From Octopus bimaculoides (taxonomy: Eukaryota), in contig NC_068981.1 of assembly GCF_001194135.2 (NCBI RefSeq), positions 129,063,252-129,127,251 on the forward strand: a stretch of DNA of 64,000 bases, read 5' to 3'. Below, piece by piece: positions 1 to 11,699 of the stretch (its first letter is position 1; each line of letters starts with the position of its first letter). The translations under genes were made by a program, and so were the position numbers. The notes below the pieces were generated by a model. That model was not told the origin of the DNA and ran no database searches. It saw only the letters and a list, made by a program, of their open reading frames with translations.

Positions 1-66
1 CGTCAGTAAGGTGAAGGTTGGCAATGAGTACAGTGAAGAATTCCGGGTAGAGGTTCACCAAGGTTC
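1..66 (+). mobile_element. RTE-clade LINE reverse-transcriptase fragment (runs off the left edge)
   Basis: Translates as VKVGNEYSEEFRVEVHQGS, the segment just before the RT motif VHQGSVLSPLLF. The same motif occurs in the RTE fragment at ~22.7-22.9 kb. Confidence 0.7.
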
Positions 67-239
67 AGAAAGAAATGACACCCAGTTAAGGTTGCTATAT
101 AATTCACATTTGCCTCTGTCTAAATTCTACTTTTTTTTTCTGGAAGAGCATTTTAAGCTTCAGATGTTTCCAGAATATTTGGCTGTGTATATTTATAACA
201 TGTCTGCTTGTGAAAGGAAAAAAAAGCCCATTCGCTCAC
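66..239 (+). repeat. 174-bp intronic copy of sequence downstream of the KLHL20 stop
   Basis: Matches 1312-1485 with 3 substitutions seen (gaca/ggca, ctatat/ctgtat, aatatt/aatact). Confidence 0.92.
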
Positions 240-343
240 ATATGCAAATATCCTCCCATGAAAAAATTGGATGTTAGTAAAAATAGAAAAACAGTAGAAA
301 TTTAACTTGTTTTTATTGTAGTTATCTTTTTTTCTTTTTCCAG

Positions 344-535
344 GTGGGCTTGGCAGTTGTGAATGGTCAGTTAATGGCTATTGGAGGGTTTGACGGCACA
401 ACATATTTAAAAACCATTGAACTTTATGACCCTGAACAGAACTGTTGGCGACTGTGTGGAAGCATGAATTACCGTCGTCTTGGTGGTGGTGTCGGTGTGG
501 TGCGAATGCCACAGCATGAACCCCATCTCTGGTAG
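344..535 (+). CDS. KLHL20: Kelch-like protein 20 (diablo), last coding exon
   Basis: Acceptor ttttctttttccag at 343. [63 protein letters not shown] closely matches the sixth kelch repeat and C-terminus of KLHL20 as I recall it. The GTG is Val at the splice junction, not a start codon. Confidence 0.93.
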   Translation: MGLAVVNGQLMAIGGFDGTTYLKTIELYDPEQNCWRLCGSMNYRRLGGGVGVVRMPQHEPHLW

Positions 536-1311
536 CACTAATGGAGGCCTTTATTGGCTTTATTTTGTTTTTTTTTTATTTATTTATATTTTTTCCCTAT
601 TAATGAAAAAGTAAGAGCAATTAAAGAAAAAAAAAAAGGAAAACAACCAACAAACAAATGACAAGAAGGAATGAAAGAGCAAAGAATAAAAGGGCCTTGG
701 TGTTACCTGTCATTGAAGATGACACTTAGTTGTTTCTCACTTCTAGGGCCAGTCCTTTTACCAGCACCACCAGTGTATTGAAATCGTGTGGGTGTGGTGT
801 TTGAGAAGCTTCACTAAATGGCAGGAAGATACACTTGTTGATGAATGGCTGCGCAGCACGTAGATGTGTACGTAATCACATTTAATTTGTACAGTATTTA
901 TTTATTAGGCTTCATTTTTAAAAAAAATATTTAGACAACTTCAACTTTGTTTTTTTTTACAATTTATTTATTTCAGATTTTAATCCCCTCTTACTATAAC
1001 TACTGCTACTAAGTTATCTTTTTTACTTCCTTTATTCTGGAATACATAAATTTCTAATCAGAACATATTTTCTATTTATGAAAGGTGAAATTATTGATCT
1101 AAACTTATTTATCCTTTGTTTTGTTCTAGTTTTGCTACCTTCCTTTTCTCTCTCATGATTTCTCTGCTTGGAATATTGCACTTTTCACCATCATTCTCAT
1201 ATTCATTTCCATTTATTTTCCAAGTTTAAGATGATGTATGAAATAACCAAAGAATAACTTCTGTTTTCCTTCCTTTTTTTTTTATTAAATATGTGAAAAA
1301 AAAAAAGTAAG

Positions 1312-1485
1312 CAGAAAGAAATGGCACCCAGTTAAGGTTGCTGTATAATTCACATTTGCCTCTGTCTAAATTCTACTTTTTTTTTCTGGAAGAGCATTTT
1401 AAGCTTCAGATGTTTCCAGAATACTTGGCTGTGTATATTTATAACATGTCTGCTTGTGAAAGGAAAAAAAAGCCCATTCGCTCAC
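1312..1485 (+). repeat. Second copy of the 174-bp direct repeat, in the presumed KLHL20 3'UTR
   Basis: Near-identical to 66-239. Confidence 0.92.
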
Positions 1486-4400
1486 CCTTCGTCAAAATTG
1501 AATTCATTCTCATGTTTCTCATCCACTGGCATTTATTCTAAACTTTTTTATCCCATATCAGCATAGATGTTGGAGGGGTTTTTTTTCTCTTAGTTTCAAG
1601 AAATCAATATCTTTCTCACTCATGAAAAAGTAAACCCAATAATACAGATGAAATACAATGATTTTTTTTTTTTCTTCTATTTTCTTTCTTTAAGGTAATT
1701 TCTATTTCTATAAAGTATTTGATCACAAATTTAATTTTATATAAACCTGAGCAGATCAATATATATGCCTAAACAAAAGTTTCGTCTTGTAGAGTAAGTG
1801 TGAAAGCAAACAAATTTAATGCTACCAAAATGTGAAACATTTTGAATGTTCACTAGACTAGTAAATATTCTGTAATTTATTCATATATGAACTTTTTGGA
1901 CCACTAGAGAACAAAAATAACAAATTTGCAGAGGAAATTTAAAGAAACATTTTAATTTTTAAAAACTGTACCCTTAGATTATTAAGTGTTTATTTTTTCT
2001 GTAACTAATATATTGCAAAGCAATTTTCTATATAAAGATTTTATTATTTTAGTGGTTTCTTCTGCTTGAATACAAATTTTAAGTTTTGAGAAGATTTGAA
2101 TTCACCTTTGATATATCAGTGACACTTTGAATATCTTAAAACTATCATTCTGCTTTTCTACTGACTGGGCATGCACACTACCCCAACACACACACACACA
2201 CAAAATGGTCTTTTTAGTAATAAAGGGAAGGAAGATTGTAGTAAAGGCTCTTTTGGATCCTGCAGCTTCTAGCACATTTTTCTGTCTTTCACAAACAACA
2301 TACATCAAACATTAACAGGTGAAGTTGTAGATTGTCTACTAGTGTTTTATACATTCTCCAGTTAAATCTATTTAAAACCATAAATATTTGCATTTGCATT
2401 AAAGTCAAAAATGTAAACTGCTTCCAAACTGATTCTATTATTACAGAGGTATGTGGATTCAGTTAGTTATCTTAGTTATATGTTCTCTGAAAGAACAAAC
2501 CGTCATCTATTTTCCAACAATAATTATTTATTTGATAAAATGCTGTATGCTGGACTTGATAGAAATTTTTATATCATTTATAAATATATATATATATCTT
2601 ATATTTCAATAACAGCAAAATACGTTCATGGAATAGAATTAGCACATCATTAAAATAAAATATTTTGCTATAGTATGACATGTTCAAAGCAGTATAGATT
2701 TGCTAGATGCTGTTGTTTCACTGTTTAATTTCATGTGGTAATAGATAGCAATTTAGTTCAGCTGTTAATACATATAAAAGTTTATAAACACTTATAATAA
2801 ATTGTAATGTGCTTCAAATTGATGATTTATTTACAGTAAATAACCCTAATTAGTTAAAATCATATGAAAGAATTAATATTAGAAAAATACATGAGATATT
2901 ACTTTTACTTAAGTATTCATGTACTTTTGATATAGCTATTTTAAACTTAAGACTATATAAAAAAAAACTGTATAGTTCATAAGAAGCTAGTTGTTTTTCA
3001 TTTGTGACATACCAATTAGCATTACAAGTTATAGTCTGAAATTTCTATACACATTTCCAGAACTCCAAGTCATTCATATAAAATATGATGAAATCATTTC
3101 TGCTTAACATTTTAATACTGTTTCATGATTTAAACTAGGGAAGGTTATTTTGTTGTTGTTGTTTTTTTACCCTGATAAAAAATTATAGTTTACTCGTATT
3201 TTTGTTGAAAATTCAATGAAGTAAAAAGAAAATGGTGGGTAGGAGGTATTATTATGGTTTTAATTCATTTTAGTGTAACTCCATAAAGTTAGTTGCCTAC
3301 TTGCAATCACCATCAATTCTGAATAGTAGTCTATCTGCCTTTATAGTTTCACCTTTGCTTATAAAATAACTACCAAATATATACTTGGTCAATTCAATCA
3401 ACTATACCTCTTCTCTACAAATGAGTGATCATGTGCTTATGTTATAACCATCATTGATTATATCTTATATGTACTGGTGACAATAGTAGATTCCCTCATA
3501 AGGTTCTGCATTCTTAGGATTGAAGACTGGAGGTTTGATGATGAGGGTGGATTGGTTTGGTTTGGATCATTGACTTCAGGATCATATAGTTGCCTCATCA
3601 TTCATACCAGGGTACTTCTGAGTATGCTCACATAATTGATGTTAATAATCTGCAAACTTTTTCATTATTGATTCTAAGATTAAATCATAGCAAAATTTTG
3701 TCATTTGAAAAAAAGTTATCATTTGTGAGTAATGGTAAGCTTCAAGTTGAAGCAAGTCTATAACCTAGTTATATTTCCTAATTGAAGCAATTTCACTTCA
3801 TTTACATTGCCTGATTGCCACATTATTTTTATTTCCCACCCATCTCTATATATTTTAGGTCTGTGTGCCAATCTACTGCTTGTCAAGAAGCAGGAAAGTT
3901 GATTCTGTGCACAAGTGCTCTACTCATCATCATTGTATTGTTGCACAGGCATCTCTTCCCTAATTAATTATTCCAGTCAAATATCAAAGATTAATCATTA
4001 TTCTGTTATTTTTGCAACTAGTTTATTTTGTTTGTTCTTATAGAGAAAACGAGTGAAATATTCCCTTCAAAAACTTTCACCTTAAATTTAAGCAATTGAT
4101 CTATGTGTAATCTCTACAGTTTATCATTTCAACGGTGAAATTCATTTGGGAAAAACAGAACTTTCATTTCATTGAGTTCACTGTACATTTGAAATGTTCC
4201 TAAATTCTATTTTCTCAAATAAAACCATTTTTTAAAGAATTTTCTTAAATTTTTTTTATTTACTATTTATTGTTATTGTGATATGTTGAACCACATCCCA
4301 ATCTTAGACTCATTCAGCTATCTGAGTCTTCTCTCTCTGTTGGATTTGGTTGCTAGTCCATGTGTGTTGTTCATGGTTAGATTTAAATCACTGCAATATA

Positions 4401-4662
4401 AGTGATTTAAATAACAGCAGTGAATTTTACTTTTCAATAAAACCTATTCAGGTTTTTATGGATACAGCACAGTGATGCTTACTGGATTAAGAATATTAAC
4501 AATGGGTGTTAGTGCAGTACTCTAATAAACTTGCTTCATTAACTCTCTCTTCGTGATGTTTACATTAAAAAGTTAGTTACATTAAAAAATTATTATACTT
4601 TAAATAACTGGTATTATTTTCAAATAGAGGTTTTAATTTTTTTTTTTCTTAATTATTGTTTG

Positions 4663-4770
4663 GAGCCTGGTGTTGCCATCCGGTTTCACCAGTCCTCAGT
4701 CAAATCGTCCAACCCATGCTAGCATGGAAAGCGGACGTTAAACGATGATGATGATGATGATGATGATTAT
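4663..4770 (+). mobile_element. 3' tail of the abundant RTE-related repeat ending in (GAT)n
   Basis: ccagtcctcagtcaaatcgtccaacccatgctagcatggaaagcggacgttaaacgatgatgatg. The same tail recurs at ~12530, 13340, 43290, 53050, 55430, 56150 and 59950. Confidence 0.8.
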
Positions 4771-5466
4771 GATAATGTAATTATAACCATGGACATCTTG
4801 GTTTGACACTTAACCAAAATTATCTTAGTTTTATCATGGCCCCTCTCTTTAAACTATAATGATAATTTCTTTCATTAGCACAGACTATAGACTTGTAGGA
4901 AGGCAGAATGTTAGTTGACTGAATAAATTCTCCCACATGACTGATACTTCTTTGATCAACTTTTGAGAAGTAAAAGTTAAAATTTGACTCCTGCAGGATT
5001 AGAATTGAGAAGAAGGCTCAAAAATGAAACAAAAACATTGAAAGGCATTTAGTCTAGCACTGCCATTAATGATAATGATTTTTAATTGTAGTGCAAAACC
5101 TTAAATTTGAGAGATAAGATTTAATCAACTGGATCAACCCCTAGTTTGAAAGGTACATATTAGTGGAATTGTTAGAATGGCTGGCATTCCACTAATATCT
5201 GTTCCAGTTCTGAGTATTCATTCTGATTTCAAATTCTGCCCTGGCACTACTATCAGGAGTTGTGACTGACAGATTAGTATAAACAATTTGAAAAATAGTT
5301 TACTTGGTTTGATCAAAAAATTGACTGTCAGCACAACCATATTTCATTAACTCATAATGATCAAAGAATGAGACCTCAACAGAATTTGACAACGGAATAT
5401 TTATATTCTGAATTTAATCAGGTACTTCAAGGTATTTAATTCAGCACTCCATTCTGCCTGCCATCA

Positions 5467-5840
5467 GTGGAGGTGCAATGGCTCAGTGGTTAGGGCAGCG
5501 AACTTGCGGTCATAGGATCGCGGTTTCAATTCCCAGACCTGGCGTTGTGAGTGTTTATTGAGCAAAAACACCTAAAGCTCCACGAGGCTCTGGCAGGGGA
5601 TGGTGATGAACCCTGCTGTACTCTTTCACCACAACTTTCTCTCACTCTTACTTCCTGTTTCTGTTGTGCCTGTAATTCAAAGGGTCAGCCTTGTCACACT
5701 GAATATCCCCGAGAACTACGTTAGGGGTACACGTGTCTGTGGAGTGCTCAGCCACTTGCACGTTAATTTCACAAGCAGGCTGTTCCGTTGATTGGATCAA
5801 CTGGAACCCTCGACGTCGTAAGCGACGGAGTGCCAACAAA
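5467..5840 (+). mobile_element. tRNA-derived SINE with a perfect 16-bp target-site duplication
   Basis: A box tggctcagtgg and B box ggtttcaattccc. TSD attctgcctgccatca at 5451-5466 and 5841-5856. Confidence 0.9.
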
Positions 5841-7364
5841 ATTCTGCCTGCCATCATTTTTTTTTTTAATGACAATACCTTGGGATTGAAGGCAATGACT
5901 GTTTAACCTACTTACATTAATGACCTAGTACTAATTTATGAATGGGCTTATTGGGGCAACTGAAGCTATTAAATGATACCTAGATAGTCTAATAATTTCT
6001 TAAGGTCAGTAATTTTGTTATACTAGTGCGGCGACCTTCTGTTAAGGTTTCCCTTCTTGTTGCTAATCATTGTTAGTTGAACGTCAAGACAGTTATATCC
6101 CTTAGTTATGTATGAAATATAATGGTTCTAGTTATATAATTATGAATTTATTGTATACTGGACTCAAGTACACAATTCAGATTTGAAAAAAGTGAAAAAT
6201 GTAACTTATAATTTTTGTAAATCCCTGTTTAGAAATTTATTGAGTCCATAGCATTTAGATTTTTTTCACAGGTGTTCATTTTCATCAAAGCATTAGAACA
6301 GAGTAAAAATGTTTTATTATCCTCTACTATTCCATAGTAATACCTTATGAAGATCATATTCATCCTTCTTTAGGTGAGTATTGATGATCAAAATAGGTGT
6401 CAGTTGAGCCAATCAACAATATTTGTCACCTACACTAATTTAATTTAAGAAAGAAATATTTCATCAGTAATGGGTGGGAAATCAGCATTATTCTAAGCCA
6501 TCCCTAAAAGATTGGTCTAGGCAACCAAATTAGAATTAAAATTAGCCTCTGATGGTTCAAGCTTTTATTTGTCAGAGACTTAAGTTACTAATATCTTTGA
6601 GTTAGCATTTTCTTTCCTCACAAAATTAATCTTTTTTGTGCCTGGTTAAAAGAAACCTATTTATTTATCAGTGCTACTGGCTTTAAAGTAGAATGTGAAC
6701 AGTCCCATAATTTAATAGATCTCTGGGGGGACCACTGAAATTTTTGACTCCATGTATTTGGTGTCAGCCTATCCCTCTTCAAACTATACCCATGGAGTTC
6801 ATTCTTGAAATAGAGTAATATATCAGAATAAATTATCTCCACTGTTGAGAGAGAAAACTCAGTAGTTCTTTCAATTAAATTTTCGTATAGTTTTCACCAT
6901 TTGTTGGGAAGTTCAGTCCATGACCCACTTTTGACTTCCAAATTAAGTTAATTTATTTACAATGTCAATGTCCTTGGAAAACTCCTGAACATTTCGACTT
7001 CCTTCTTGATGCCTAAAATTGCAAGTGAAGTAACAATTAATAGAGAGACGGACTACTAAACACCTTACAATATTTTGTCTTTTCCAAACTCTAGCTATGA
7101 ATTTTGACTTTTTCCTCTCCAGTGTTGATAATATAAATATCATACATAATAAATGGAAATCAATTGAAACAACTGCAATGTGATCCTGAAAATCTGTGGC
7201 TTTGTGTCATTGTAAAAACTAATGAAGTAGTGGGTACTATGTGCAGCAATAGGATTTTAGTTTCAATCTGTGAATGGAAACATATCTATGTTCCTAATGA
7301 AATAACATTTCTCTTTTCTCCAATATTTGAATCTTCACATTTATGTAAGAAATTATTATTATGA

Positions 7365-7795
7365 CCAGGAGGCCATTTGGCAGAGTTGCTAGCATCAGAT
7401 AAATTGCCTTCCAGTATTAGTTTCAGCATGTTACATTCTCAGTTCAAATCCCACCAGGGTCACTTAGCTTCAATTTTTTCGGAGGTCAGTAAAATAAAGT
7501 ACCAGTCAAGTACTGGGGTTGAATAATCAACTGACACCCTCCTCTCAAAATTACTGGGCCTGTGCTTTATTATTAAGGTGACAAGCTGGCAGAATCATTA
7601 CCACTCTGGAGAAAATGCTTAGTGGCATTTCATCCTCCTCTACATTCTGAGTTCAAATTCCACCAAGGTCCACTTCACCTTTCATCCTTCCTTTCGGGGA
7701 GGATAAAATGAGTACCAGTTGAGCACTGGGGTTGATGTAATCAACTTATTTCCTCCCCTGAACTTCCTGGCTTTGTGCCAAAATTTGAAATCATT
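7365..7795 (+). mobile_element. Two adjacent decayed tRNA-derived SINEs
   Basis: Each has gagttcaaat(t)cc, then ctttcatcc...gggg...aaaat(g)agtaccagt...actggggttga. A related fragment is at ~61915-62030. Confidence 0.75.
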
Positions 7796-10700
7796 ATTAC
7801 TACAGTGAAGATGACTGAGACAGGACCAGACTAAACGTAATATGTTTAGTCAGCTTTGACTCATTCCACCAAAGTCTACTACTCCATAGTTGATGGAAGA
7901 AATAATATACTGGGTTGAGGATTCAAACTTTCTGTCTTTATTATAGTTTGTTTTTATTCGTAAATATTATTTTCATTATCATTTATCTTACATTTTTGTA
8001 CCATACTGCAAAAACCAAATGAGTCTTTAAAGTATCTTCTCACTGAGTTAATGTGTCCTTTAGTAAGAGGGGTCTCATTTCAAAAGTTTGTTATAGTCTA
8101 TTTCTACATTGGTGTAACATTTAATTCAAATTACCACACTGTATCATCTCATTGTCATAAACTCAAACACACACACACACAATCCAGAGGCTTTGGTACC
8201 CTATCTGGGATTGAATTTGCTCAATTTTATTGATTTTTTTTTTTTTTAAAACCTTGTCCCTATTTTTGTATATACTTTATCCCAAATAGTAGCAAGTTCA
8301 GTCCTGAGCATTGTACTACTTCTGAAAGATATGGAATCTGAAGATAATGGTCAAAATGCAATGTAAACTAGTTGGAGATCCAAATTTAAGAAAGCTCAAC
8401 AAATAAACTGAAAAAGTTGCAAAATATTTCATATTCAGTCCAAAACTGTTTCTGTTCTATAGACTTGACTACACTTTGTGGTCTTTGTAAAATAGCATAT
8501 ATATTAGTTAGCCACTGTACTCTGAAATTTATTAAATATTATCTTGAAGTAAACTTGATAAAATATTTGTGTACTTAAATTCTGACTTTTTCCAAACTGA
8601 AAAATGGGAATAATTCAGTAATAATTATATTACTTTATTATGGCCTTTCTTCAGTTCATACTCTTTTTTTATTCTTTTTATGTATTTACTTGAAACACAT
8701 GTTAACATATTCCAGTGAGCACTTTTTTCTCAACTTTGTTACACGAAGCAATTGTCAGTTTTTGAAATTTTGTTGCTTTATTTTAAATTTTATTTGTTTT
8801 TTTCCTTAAAGACTTGTAAGAAAACTATTTAAATGACAATTTGATATTGATAAAGTTATCTGAGTGTAACACTTGCCAGCTTAGTTTTTAGATCTTGATA
8901 TCATTAAGCTAAAATAAGATTCAAACATCTTACAAAATGATATGTGAGTATTTTTTAAAAAATATTTTGACTTTCTACAGACTGTATAAAAAGCATGAGA
9001 AACATTCTTTTGTAAGAGAATTATAACATTTTGTACAAGTTAAATGCTGTATTTCAATTATAGTAAGAAGTATTTCAAATGTTGAAATTTTCCAGATATT
9101 TCAAGTAAAATTCCTAAAAAAACTTCTTTTAAAAATCCTATCAGTTGTGAATTCAAGTGCAAGAATAAAATTTTGGTTCTTACCTTCTGCCTATGAACAA
9201 ACAAATTCTAAATCAGCATTGTAGATGAATCATGAAGCTGATGTTGTACACACATAACATAATTTATTCAAATCTATTAAAATTATATCTTCATTGATTT
9301 ATTTATGCGCCAAAATGCTATGCAGTATTTATCCTCCTGCTGGAATTTGAAAAAGGGAAAAAAATGTATCAAAATCCTTTTATTTTAACTCATAATGAAA
9401 GATATACTATATAATTTTTTTTTTTTATAACTTTCCTGCAACTGGCTTCTAAATTACAGGTCACTTTTACAGCTTCAGTGAAATGCTTGATATTTATGTT
9501 AAAGAGGAGCTTCTTTGTAGCCTCCTAACTTGCATTTGTGACCACATCTCAATGACACTGGTTTAATTTTAAACAGATATCAAGAAGATAACTGAATTAG
9601 TGCAGTTAAACTTAATATCGTTTCAGAGGAAAATGAAATTTTTTTTTACAAAAGTATAATCACTATACTCTAGACTGGCTCCATGTATACAGTGCATGTT
9701 TCTGATATTTGTACAGAGAACTAAATTTGCTATATTGATTATTATTAGCACTTCCATGTCATTGATGATTCAATTCATTGTGCTACATTACCTAACCTGA
9801 GATAGGGTTCAAAAGATATATGAAGACGTAAATTTAAAAAGTGTGAAACAGCTCATTGTCTATCATACTCAGTTTTGTTGAAAAGCAAATGACAGATATT
9901 CATCTTGCCTTTTAATATTGCAGTGCAAATATAACTTTGCATTAAAATGAAGATGTTGGAGTTAGAGCTTACTCTGAACTGAGTTTCTCTAAATTCTCAA
10001 ATTTTTTTTTGTAAATAAAATATTAAAGCAGTCACTAGTATTTATTATAAGTGTTAAGGACTAGCTGGAACAGTAATATCAGTCTAAATACCTTGTGGTA
10101 TTTAGTTATGTCTTTGCTTTTCTGAGATAGGAAAACCCTACAATTGTGGGCTTGTGCCAATGTAAGAAATTATTTGTACAAGCAAATATACTGATAAGGA
10201 TTGAAAATAATATTTGCTTTATCTTTTTAAAACATTTAAACTTCGTAAATATATCTAAGCTACCATGCTGAATTATGAAACTTGAATTTAAAACACTGAG
10301 TTGATGCAGGTAGTGTACCTGGTTAAACACCTTATAGATCATTTTCAATTAGACTAATTTAACATTTCATTTGAAGCACCAGTAATATGCTGAGGATCAC
10401 TGAATGATCTCTTCTCTTTGCTCTTATAAAATTTTGACCTAAACAACAAAAGTCACTATTATAGGTTAACATTATCCTGCAGTAATGAATTCTTTGTGAA
10501 TCAAGTCTGCAACCATGTTTTGAATCTAGATTGGAGCCATTTCATGTGATTAGGGAAAAGCAGAAATACAACTTGTGTATGTGTGTGTGTGTGTGTGTGT
10601 ATGTATGTCTGCATATATACACATATATATTTGAAGCATTGTTTACGTAAATTATTATTATTCACAGAATAAGACGAAATTACTCCCACCTACACATTTA

Positions 10701-11008
10701 TATTTCTCCAGAGAAACGAGCTACTTATTCTGTGTACCATTTTTTAATAGTCAGCAGTGCTGTAAGGTCACTTGCATCTTTCCAAAATGACATTCCTGGA
10801 GAAACAATATATTCAATTTGAAAAGAAAAAAAATTATTTTTTAAAAATGCTGTTTTTAACCTGAAAATAAACTATTTCAGCAATAAAATATTTTATTTGG
10901 ATATTTTTGTTTCATCTTTCCTAAGTTGAGGATGATACATTCAGTATGAATACTGAAATTATCATCCTCTCCCAAAAGAATTCTTGTGAAAAGACAATTT
11001 TCATTCCA

Positions 11009-11268
11009 TTAACCCTTTAGCATTTAATTCAGCCATTTCTGGCCCAAATATTCTACCTGTTATAAAACAGACCAGATTCAGCCTCTCACATATACCTTAC
11101 AATGTCGTTCTAAAAATAAACAATCATATCATTGAAATCTCGAAGCTACAAGATAATGCATGATTAATGAAAAACAATGAGAATGAATTAGCATAATTTT
11201 CAACTGAGTCATCATCATTTAGCGTCCATTTTTCATGCTGGCGTGGGTTCTGAATGCTAAAGAGTTAA
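11009..11268. mobile_element. piggyBac-type MITE flanked by TTAA
   Basis: TTAA-ccctttagcatt ... aatgctaaagag-TTAA. Related internal sequence occurs at ~41865-42040 and ~44065-44275. Confidence 0.75.
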
Positions 11269-11699
11269 ATTATTCAATCTATGTAAACAAGATGAAGTAA
11301 ATCCAGGTATAAAATTCTAATTTGAATATTGTCTTTCACAAGTTTCTTTTATAAGCTTGCAAATTTGAAAATATTTTCATGTTGGGGGAGGGGCAGTTCT
11401 AACATTTCAAGCATTTTTGTTTTTATATATATAAAAAGTTTAAAAAGTGAAATAGTCTCCTAACTGATATCCTGTTTCACCTACACGTAATGCATCAGTG
11501 TTCAAGTGCTATACATTTGAGGTTTATGAAAGTGTAGTGGGAATATATATTCAGTACCAGGTGTTGCTGTGGCTGTGTATATCATTACAAGAGTTCATAT
11601 AGAGATGAGGAATAAATTCAAGAACTGTATATTTACTACATAAAAATATATTTTATTTACTGGTCGATGATGATACATAATTAAAATGTAGAATCTAGT

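Noticed and set aside
11-277. 88-aa ORF, and the matching 67-aa ORF at 1338-1541
   Set aside because: An RTE fragment read through into duplicated non-coding sequence; not a gene.
4452-4526. Plus-strand terminal-exon-like GFYGYSTVMLTGLRILTMGVSAVL*, and similar plus-strand candidates at 6272-6373 and ~9460-9567
   Set aside because: No promoter, no consistent upstream exon chain and no recognised homology; such hits are expected by chance in AT-rich DNA.
5158-5199. 13-bp perfect inverted repeat (atattagtggaat...attccactaatat)
   Set aside because: Short, and embedded in a decayed SINE head; no evidence of function.
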